DNA of 64,000 bases, from the NCBI RefSeq assembly GCF_009914755.1, contig NC_060943.1. One strand, written 5' to 3'. Below are positions 52,905-64,000 of the stretch, in pieces (position 1 is the stretch's first letter; each line of letters opens with the position of its first letter). The notes under the pieces were generated by a model. That model was given only the letters and a program-made list of their open reading frames with translations, was not told where the DNA came from and did not search any database. Made by a program: the position numbers and the translations under genes. The stretch comes from the human T2T-CHM13v2.0 reference genome, Homo sapiens.

Positions 52905-53030
52905 TGTACAGACAGGGTTCTGGGTTCTGCCATGTTGCCCAGCCTGGTCTCCAACTCCTGCACTCAAGCAATCCTCCTGCCTCGACTACCCAAACTGCTG
53001 CTATTACAGGCGTGAGCCACTGTGCCTGGC
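52905..53030 (-). mobile_element. AluJ left arm/FLAM
   Basis: gccatgttgcccagcctggtctccaactcctgcactcaagcaatcctcctgcctc...attacaggcgtgagccactgtgcctggc. Confidence 0.8.
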
Positions 53031-53124
53031 TCCTATCTATATACCTATCTATCTACTTATCTTTTGAGGAGAGATGTTTCTTTTTTAACTTTAATTATAA
53101 TAATAATTATTATTAGAGGTGTTG

Positions 53125-53210
53125 TCTCACATCTCCTGGGCTCCAGCAATTCTCCAGCCTTGTCCTCCCAAACTGCTGCGATTACAGGCATGACCTGCCA
53201 TGCACGGTCT
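53125..53210 (-). mobile_element. FLAM/AluJ fragment
   Basis: ctcctgggctccagcaattctccagccttgtcctcccaaactgctgcgattacaggcatga. Confidence 0.7.
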
Positions 53211-53549
53211 GGTTATATTTTTGATGTATTTATTCTTTCCAGTCCTCGTTTCCACTTTGGGTGCATAGTTGATAATATGGGGATTGAAAACAAATATTTT
53301 GAGAGAGATCAATCTCACAAACCTGCCTTTCCTTTCTAGTGGCACAAGCCTCATCAGGGGTAGTGTGCCTGATCTCTGGTGGTTTTAAATAGTGTAGAAA
53401 GCATTGCTATATGTATTTTCCCTGCCAGGGAGTCCCAAAAAACAGCTAGAGAAGCAAATTATAGAAGAGAAAGAGGTTTATAATTAAAGTGAGGGTCAGA
53501 AACTTTTGTAGATAAGGCTGATTTTAGCCAAGATTTGAAGGAGAGATTC

Positions 53550-53665
53550 CTTCATTCAACAGATGCTGCAGTCTACCTGATATGTTTCAGGTACTCCTAT
53601 GAAATAAGAGTACAACAGTGAACAAACATTAAACACAAAGTTTTTAATCTAGTGAGGCAGAGAAA
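53550..53665 (-). mobile_element. L2 3'-end fragment
   Basis: tcattcaacagatg...ctacc..atatgtttcaggtact...tacaacagtgaacaa...aatctagtg resembles the antisense L2 3' end. Confidence 0.55.
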
Positions 53666-54576
53666 CTTCCCTCAAATTATCATACAAATATGAACTTCCA
53701 TGAAAGCAAACTCAGTGTCCAGTAGGAAAATTGTGAAATTATGAAATGTTATTTTGATTTAATGTATAGCCATTGAGGTTCTTTCAAATAATTATAAAAT
53801 GATCACAATAACAACAGGTATTTTAAAAGTGTGGTATAAAAGTACAGAGTATAATCTTTGTTTTATAAAAATAAATGCATATTTACCTCTGCACAGAGGT
53901 GGTTCTATGCCATGCTAAACTGGTTATCCCTGGTGATGAGATTAGCAATCACAGACTATGTTCTCATAAAAGAATAATGTTTTAGTCAGGAGGCAAGCAA
54001 ATTTGTTTTTCCACTGTTTGAATTTACAATTAAATACTTTGCATGCTTTAAATGTAACGGAAGTTTTGTTATATACTCTGATTCTCATATTAGGCTGTTT
54101 CATTTTAATTTTGACATTGGCAGGGAATAAGGTGAAGGTGGACTCTTCTTGTTCAGTGGAGCACATGTGGTCCTGGAGAAAGCTGTCACACAGTGGACTC
54201 AGAGATGTGGTCTACGGGCACTAATTTCCTCTCAGTCCCTGCCTAAGCAAGATTCATCTTCCTCTGCCTGCTGTTTCATTTTTTTCTTCTATTGTCTGGT
54301 ATATCTTAAGATAAAAACTTGTTTCCAAAGGGAAAGTTTCAGAAATGTTTCTAAGAATAATAATTCAAGTTGGATTTCCAAGTAGTATTCCTGGGCAACT
54401 GATTAAATTCTTTTGTCAATAATCAAAATCTGGAATGTCCTGGATTAGTTCCACCATTTCATCATGATAACTCCCTCTTCTATAATCCCTACCAGAAATG
54501 ATTGCTTTGCTTAAAAGCTTTTCCCTGAGAAGACACTGGTGTGTTATTTCTTTATCAGCTTATGAAAATTAATTCT

Positions 54577-54865
<289 letters not shown>

Positions 54866-55787
54866 ATTAATTCTACATATCTAGGATTTTTACTGTGCCT
54901 TTGTGTTTTTTTAAGCTACTGGTTTTCTCAAGTTAAACATTAAAAGTATTATGGAAGTACTGATGATGTACTCAGAGGAAAACAATAGAGCATATAATTT
55001 ATTTGTTATAAAATGTAAAAGTTCTGCAAGATTTTCCTCTGATTTGTAAAATGTTCTCTCTCAAGAAAGTTTTTCTTTACGTCTTACATTTTTTTTTATT
55101 TTAAAGACCCACAGGGTTGCTTAAAGTGTGATAGTCCTGTTGTTGTAGCGAAGATAATTACACATACAACCTGGCTTTTGTGGCATCTTGCTTACCCTAT
55201 TTTGCAGAACACAGATACCAAAGGTTGGCCTTATGAAGCTGGAGCTATTTTTGCACTGTTATTTCAGAAATGCTGAAAGAACATCCTACTGATTTTCTAA
55301 TACTCAAAATTATACAATAATATACTTGGACGTTTAGGTCTTAAAGACTTTTCATCATGAGTTTCTGTTAAAATCTAATATGAAATGCAGCTGCCATCCA
55401 GAATCTTAACAGTGTTTGCTGCCAGCCAACTGAATGACTTATTGGAGGAACGATTCATGACTTCTGGGCCTGAGGGACTGGCTGTCAGGGGGCTGGTTTG
55501 AGCAAAGCTCTTCCATAGGTGACTCCATATTTGCACTGACAGAAGCTCCTATTGCACAGAATTGTACAATTATTCAGAAAGAGTAGAAATCATGAATCTA
55601 CATTTTACCTGATTTCAAACTGGTTGACAATTTACTTCTGCAGATTATTTTTCTCTTCTCCACTTAATTTATAATTTATTCCATCTATTTTTTTCCTTTT
55701 CTGCCAACTATTGTATTTTTCTAGGGATAGTTGCAGGAACGAAACTGATTTCTATCAGAGTGCTTATTATAATTCTATTCTATTACT

Positions 55788-58501
55788 CTGTGAACAAAGA
55801 TGCAAAAATCCTCACCCAAATATTAAGAAATCAAATCCAAAAATGTATAAAAAGAATTATACACTACAACCCAGTGAGATTTATTACAGGCATGCAAATC
55901 TGGTTCAACATTTGAATATAAATTAGGCTGGGTGTGGTGGCTCATACCGGTAATCCCAGTGCAGTAGGAGGCCAAGGAAAGAGGATCACTTAAGGCCAGG
56001 AGTTCAAGATAAGCGCAGACAACATAGCAAGACTCTGTCTTTTAAAGAAATTAGTTCATCATATTAAGAGATATAAAAAGATAATATGATCTTATCAATA
56101 TAATCAGAAAAATTATTTGACAAAATTCAAAATCTATTCATGAGAAAACCACTCTGCAAACTAAAAATAGGGAAAAACTTCCTCAATTTCAAAAGAATGT
56201 TTATTAAAAAAAACCTACATCTTACCTCATACTAAATGTAGAAACACTAGATGCCTTCCTGCTAAGATCAGGAGCAAGGCAAAGATGTCTCCTCTCACCA
56301 TTCCTATACAACATTATACTGTAAGCCCCAGGTAATACAATGACAAGAATAGAAAAGGTACATAGACTAGGAAGGAAGAAATAAAACTGTCTTTTTACAC
56401 AGATGATATAATTGCCTATGGAGAAATCTGAAAGGATCACAAAACAAAATCTTAGAATAACCAATTATAATGAGCAATTATACCAACTTTGCAAATTATA
56501 AGAAAATGTAAATGTCAATTATTGTCCTACATATTAGCAGTGTAATTAGAATCTGAAATTTAAAACAATGATATTTATGCTAGTACCAATAACAATAAAA
56601 TACTTAAGTGCAAATCTAACAAAATAAATATAAATATAGGACTTTATTCACTTCAAAACTGTGAATAAAAACATCAAAGAAGATCTAAATAAATAGAGAG
56701 AAAATTCACATTCAAGAAACATTCAACTTTGTTAAAATGTCAGTACCTCCCAACTTTACATGTTCAATGCAGTCCCAATCAAAATTCCACAAAGTTAGTT
56801 TGTGGATATTGACAAACTGACCCTAAAGTTTATATGAAAAGGCAAAAGACCCAGAATAGCCCAGAAAATATTCAAAAAGAACAGTTGGAATGACACTACC
56901 CAACTGTAAGAACTACTATAAAGCTACAGTAATCAAAATAACATGGTACTGTTAAAAATAATAGAGAAACAGATAAACGATACAAAAGAGAAAGGTCGGA
57001 AATTGACCCACACAAATATAGTCAGCTTATTTTTGATGAAATGGCAAAGGCAATTCAATTGAGAGAGAATAATTTTTCAAAAAACAGTACTGGAAAAACT
57101 AGACATCCACATGCAAGAGAAAAGAAAAAAAAAATCCTAAACCCAGACCTAACAACTTTCACAGAAATTACTCAAAATGGATCATAGCTCAATATAAAAG
57201 GAAAACCCACAAAACTTTTAGAAAATAACAAAGATCAGAATCTGAATTACCTCAGGTTTTGCTCCTTTCTACAACACCCAAAATATTATCCATGAAAGGA
57301 AAATCTGCTAAGTTGAACTATTTTAAAAATAACATTTCTGCACTGCCAAAGATGCTGTTAAAAGAATAAAAATGCAAACCACAGAATAAAAGAAAATATT
57401 TGCAAAACACATAACTGATAAAAGACTGGTATCCAGAATATGCGACAAGAAATAAAGAACTCTTAAAACGCAAGAATAAGAAATGAACAACCCAATTATA
57501 AAATTGCAAAAGATCCAGATACCTTACTAAAGAACATATAAGCATGGCAAATAAGCATATGAAAATATGCTCAACATCATATGTCATTAGGAAATTGAAA
57601 ATAACAATGGCATACTGCCACACACATATTAGAATGGCTAAAATCCAAAACAATGACTACACTAAATGCTGGTGAGGATATAGAGTAACAAGCACTCTCA
57701 TTTATCGCGGGTGAATATGCAAAGTGCTATGACCAGTTTGGAAGACAGTTTGCCGGTTTCTTACAGAGCTACATATACATTTAAGTGCAATCCAGCAATC
57801 ACACTCTGTGGCCTTTATCCAAAAGAGGTGGAAACTTTCATCTACACAAAACTCTTCACCCTACTATTAAGAAGAGTTTTATACATAATTGCCAAAACAT
57901 GAAACCAACCAAGATATTCTTCAATAGGTAAATGAATAAACTAACTGGGGTGCAACTATACAACGAACATTATTCACTGATAAAAAGAAATGAGCTGTCA
58001 AGCCTTGAAAAGATATGAGGAACCTTAAGTGCATATGGTTGGGAAAGAAGGAAATCTGAAAAGGCTACATGCTATATGATTCCAAGTATATGACATTCTG
58101 TAAAAGGCAAAACCAAGGAGACAGTAAGAAGATCTGTGGTATCCCCAAGTTTGGGGGGAAGAAGGGAGAGATGAATAGGTGGGGTACAGCATATATTTTA
58201 AGACAGCAAAACTATTCTGCATAATGCAGTAATGGTGGATACATGTCATGTCATTATGCATTTGTCAAAATCCATAGATTTTAAAATAAAAAAAACCATG
58301 AATTTGAATGCAAACTTTAGATTTCAGCTAATAATAACTTTTCTATATTAGTTCATTAACAGTAAAAATATGCCACACCAAAGTAAGGTGTTAATAACAG
58401 AGGAGAAGCTGGGTGCAGGGAGAGGATACATGGAAACTCTGTGCTTTCCACTTAATATTTATGTAAACTTGATACTTACCAAAAAAATAAAGTATAAAAA
58501 A
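55788..58501 (+). mobile_element. Old L1 (L1MC-like): ORF2 3' half and 3' UTR, decayed
   Basis: gatgcaaaaatcctc, agatcaggagcaaggcaaagatgtcc, tactataaagctacagtaatcaaa, and an L1MC-type 3' UTR (ggcaaaacc..ggagacagtaa, gtggatacatgtcat) ending in an A-rich tail. Confidence 0.85.
55926..56050 (+). mobile_element. FLAM monomeric Alu inside the L1MC
   Basis: ggctgggtgtggtggctcatacc...gaggatcacttaaggccaggagttcaagat...caacatagcaagactctgtct. Confidence 0.85.
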
Positions 58502-59637
58502 TATCCCAATGATTACTATCAAAAGTAGACTGGATTTAAAAATTATACTAGTTACAAATATGTGACTGAATATAGTCCTATGCAGCAATTAAAATAAATA
58601 AACTCAGGTGTTAAATGTCATCCCCATGATCGTAATCACAAAAAAGCCATAGAATATACACAAAAGAAAATAAAAAGTGTAAATGTTTCACCAGAAAAAA
58701 TCAACCAAACAAGAAGAAATAATGTAGAAAATACAAAACTAGAAGATGTAAGATATACAGAAAACAAATAGCAAAAGGACAGAACTCTCTACTTTTAAGT
58801 AATTATTTTAAATGTAAATGTATTAAACTATCCAATTAAAAGGCAGAAATCAGCAGAACAGACTATAAAACATGATCTAACTATCTTGTTTTTACAAGAT
58901 TCACATTAGATTCAAAGATACAACTAGGCTGAAAGTAAAAGGAAGAAAACAGATATTTCGTGCAAACAGTAAGCAAAATAGATTTGGGTTGGCTATATTA
59001 ATATCAGACAAAATAGACTTAAAATCAAAAATCTTACACAAAAATACAAAGACACTGTGTATTCACAAAAGTCCCTTTAGCAAGAAGATATAAATATTAT
59101 AAGCATGCATGTACCTAATAATAAACCACTAAAATATATGAAGCACAAATCGACAGAATTGAAGAGAGAAGTCGACAGAATTGGAGAAGTCGACAGTTCT
59201 AAAATAATAGAGATGATAATACTCCACTCTCTGTAATGAACAGAATCACCAGATAGAAGATAAGTTAGAAATAAATGGCTTATATAATACAACAAACCAA
59301 CTAAATTTAACAGATACATATACAGGATACTCCACCCAACAACAGAAGAATACACACTATTCTCAATGTCCATGGATCACACATGGACATTCTCCAGGAT
59401 GGACTGTATGTTATGTCACAAATCAAGTCAATAACAGAAGGAAAACTAAAACACTCACAAAGTTGTAAAATTTAACATACTCTTAAACAACCAATAAGTA
59501 AAAGAAAAAAACTCAAGGGAAATTAAAAAATACAGAGAATGGAAAATGAAAATACAACATACCAAAAGTTATGAGATGCACAAAAGCAGTGTGAAGATCA
59601 GAAATTTATAGCTATAAACACATTAAAGAAGGGCCTT

Positions 59638-59958
59638 GGCTGGGCGTGGTGGCTCATGCCTGTAATCCCAGCACTTTGGGAGGCCAGGCAGGTGGATCAC
59701 CTGACGTCAGGAGTTTGAAACTAGCCTAGCCAAAATGGTGAAACCTTGTCTCTACTAAAAATACAAAAATTAGCCGGGCATGGTAGCGGGCATCTGTAAT
59801 CCAAGCTACTCAGGAGGCTGAGGCAGGAGAATCGCTTGAACTCAGCGGGTGGAGGTTGCAGTGAGCTGAGATTGCACCACTTCACTACAGCCTCGGCAAC
59901 AGAGTGAGACTCTGTCAAAAAAACAAAACAAAAAGAAGAAGAAGAAGAAGAAGAAGAC
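59638..59958 (+). mobile_element. AluSx/Sz-like with (gaa)n tail
   Basis: ggatcacctgacgtcaggagtttga; full dimer; approximate TSD gaagggcct/gaagggtct. Confidence 0.88.
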
Positions 59959-60213
59959 GAAGGGTCTCAAATCAATAACCTAACTTTATGACCTAACAAA
60001 TTAGAAAAAGAATGAACTATGCACGAAATAAACAGAAAGAAGAAAATAATGAAGATCTTAGTAGAGATAAAGAAAATAGAGACCAGAAAAACAGAAAACC
60101 AACAAAACCAAAAGTTGGTTCTTGGTTCTTCAAAAATGTTGACAAATTCACAAACTTCTAGCTACACTATGAAAAAAATTACAGAATACTCAAAATAGTA
60201 GAATGAGAAATGA

Positions 60214-60489
<276 letters not shown>

Positions 60490-60945
60490 ATTCTAAGAAA
60501 TAAAATGTTTTAAAGAGTGTACTGTGAACAACTGTGTGACAACAAAATGAACAATCTAGATGAAATGGACAAATTTCTAGGTATAAAAAACCTAGCAAGA
60601 CTTGATTACCAAGAATAGAAAAATTGAATTGATCCATAACTTATAAGGAAATCAAATCAAAAATCAAAAACCTGCTGACAAAGAAAAGCCCTTGACCTGA
60701 TGGCTTCAGTAGTTAATTCTACCAAACATTTTGAAAGACTGAAAATCTTTTTCAAACTCTTCCAAAAAATTGAAAAGGAGAGATCAGTTCCAAACTCATT
60801 CCACAATCTCAGCATTACCGTATATCAAAGCCAGAAAAAGACACTACAGAAAACTACAGATTAATTATCCCTTATGAACACAGATGCAAAACTCAACAAA
60901 ATTCCAGCAAATAAAATTCAGCAGCATATTAGAAAGATGATCTCA

Positions 60946-62275
<1,330 letters not shown>

Positions 62276-63410
62276 AGAAAGATGATCTCACCACGACCAA
62301 GTGCAATTTATTCTTAGAATGCAAGGATATCTTAAAACATGAATTTTTTAACATATAAAAATTGATCAATGTGTACACATTAACAAAATAAAAGAAACAT
62401 TGATCACCTCATGGATGCAGAGAAAAGTATTTTATGAAATTCAAAATCTTTTCAGGGTGAAAACACTCAAAAAAGTAGGAATTTTAAAACTAAAATACTA
62501 CCATTGTGAAATCCACACATTAAAAAACCACATCAAACAATGTACTCCAGGGTGAAAGACAAAAAGCTTCTGCTCTAAGCTCAGGAACAAGGCAAAGGTG
62601 TCTGCTTTTGCTATTTCTATTCCACATAGTGTTGGAAGTTCTAGTCAAATTAAGAATTAAAAAGAAACAAACTATCCAAATTGGAAATGTAGAGGTAAAA
62701 TTACTCTAGCCTACAGATAATATAATTTTATGTGGAAAGCTCTAGAGATTTCACAGATCCACACAAAAAGTATTACAACTAATAAATTCAGCATAGTAGC
62801 AGCATACAAAATTAACATGCAAATATCACTTGTGTTTCTATACAGTAATGATGAATAATTAGAAAACAAAACTAAGCAAACAAGCACATTTACAATAGCA
62901 CTGAAAAGAATAAAATACGTCGGGAGTAACAAAAAAAGCAAAAAATTCTATTTTGCAGAAATAGAAAAATCCTACCTAAATTTCATATGGAATCTCAAGG
63001 GACCCCAATGAGTCAAAATTATCTTGAAAAAGAAGTCCAGTGTTACAAAATGTACACTTATTCATTCCAAAGCTTAATACAAAGTTCCAAAATAGTGTGG
63101 TACTGGCAAAGAGACACACATATGGACACTGGAACAGTATAAAGCAGCATATGGTCAAATAATTTTTGATGGGGATACAAAGACCGTTCAATGGGCAAAG
63201 GACTGTCTTTATAACAATTGGTGCTGGGAAAAAATGGATATCCACAAGCAAAAGGATGAAGTTGAACATTTACCCTACACCATAAACAAATAAAAATGCA
63301 TCAAAGACCTAAAGGTAAGAACTTAAAGTATAAAATTTTTGAATAAAATATAAGTAGAAAACATCATGACAATATCACAAATATAATGACACATTTAAAA
63401 AAGTAGATGT

Positions 63411-63713
63411 GGCCAGGCATGGTGGCTCACGCCTGTAATCCCAGCACTTTGGGAGGAGGAGGCAGCCGGATAACGAGGTCAAGAGATTGAGACCATCCTG
63501 GTCAACATGGTGAAACCCCGTCTCTACTAAAAATACAAAAATCAGCTGGGCGTGGTGGCGCATGCCTGTAGTCCCAGATACTTGGGAGGCTGAGGCATAA
63601 GAATCGCTTGAACCCAGGAGGTGGAGGTTGCAGTGAGCCGAGACAGGCCACGGCACTGTACAGCCTGGTGACAGAGCGAGACTCTGTCTCAAATAACTAA
63701 AAAAGAAAAAAAG
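63411..63713 (+). mobile_element. AluSc-like
   Basis: gaggtcaagagattgagaccatcctgg diagnostic; TSD aaaaagtagatgt/aaaaagtaggtgt. Confidence 0.88.
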
Positions 63714-64000
63714 AAAAAGTAGGTGTAAAACTATCCATAGTAGATACTCTCATTTACATAAAATCCAGTAAGAAAACAAAACTGAAGTTCTGGCTTCCGG
63801 TAATACTGGAGTAGCTTGCTAAACTAACACTCTCACAGATAACAATGATACAATCTGGATAAAATATTATATATAGTTACATAGAAACATTCATCTATAT
63901 ACAATACATACATACGTGTGTGTAACTGAATGAGAATTTCAACCTTTCCCACCGTAGGGAAGATAATTATTCTGTTTGAATTCAGCCACATTTACCCCCT

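Noticed and set aside
54124-54245. Possible terminal exon after ttttgacattggcag
   Set aside because: No frame gives a protein I recognise; no partner exons identified.
63790-63870. Possible L1M/HAL1 5' end (ggcttccggtaatactggagtagcttg)
   Set aside because: Too short and degraded to call by eye.

Overview
Primate (human/great-ape-like: AluY, L1PA3-type elements) pericentromeric DNA crossing a satellite-to-arm boundary; no intact protein-coding gene is supportable. Left to right: (1) 1-5063 divergent monomeric alpha satellite (~171 bp, no CENP-B boxes seen); (2) 5064-43385 about 30 kb of the 35/70-bp HSAT4-type satellite, interrupted by a ~70-bp mitochondrial 12S NUMT (13595-13665), a deleted, mosaic HERV-K(HML-5)/LTR22 provirus (17604-23233; tRNA-Trp PBS, foreign GC-rich insert, class I ERV plus 5S fragments, patchy G>A editing, nested AluY) and a 5'-truncated CTNND1 retrocopy (26962-29372; exon-B-skipped isoform, nested L1 tail); (3) 43386-~52900 a tandem ~510-640-bp composite repeat built from old Alu pieces plus a ~110-bp foreign segment, in which one 35-bp sub-segment has expanded to ~50 copies with a 9-mer higher-order period; this 35-mer aligns without gaps to HSAT4 (23/35), so the window may preserve steps in the birth of a satellite; (4) ~53 kb onward ancient arm-type sequence with L2, L1M, Alu and a twin-primed L1PA. 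All alignments and counts were done by eye; family names come from remembered consensus sequences and need RepeatMasker/BLAST confirmation.
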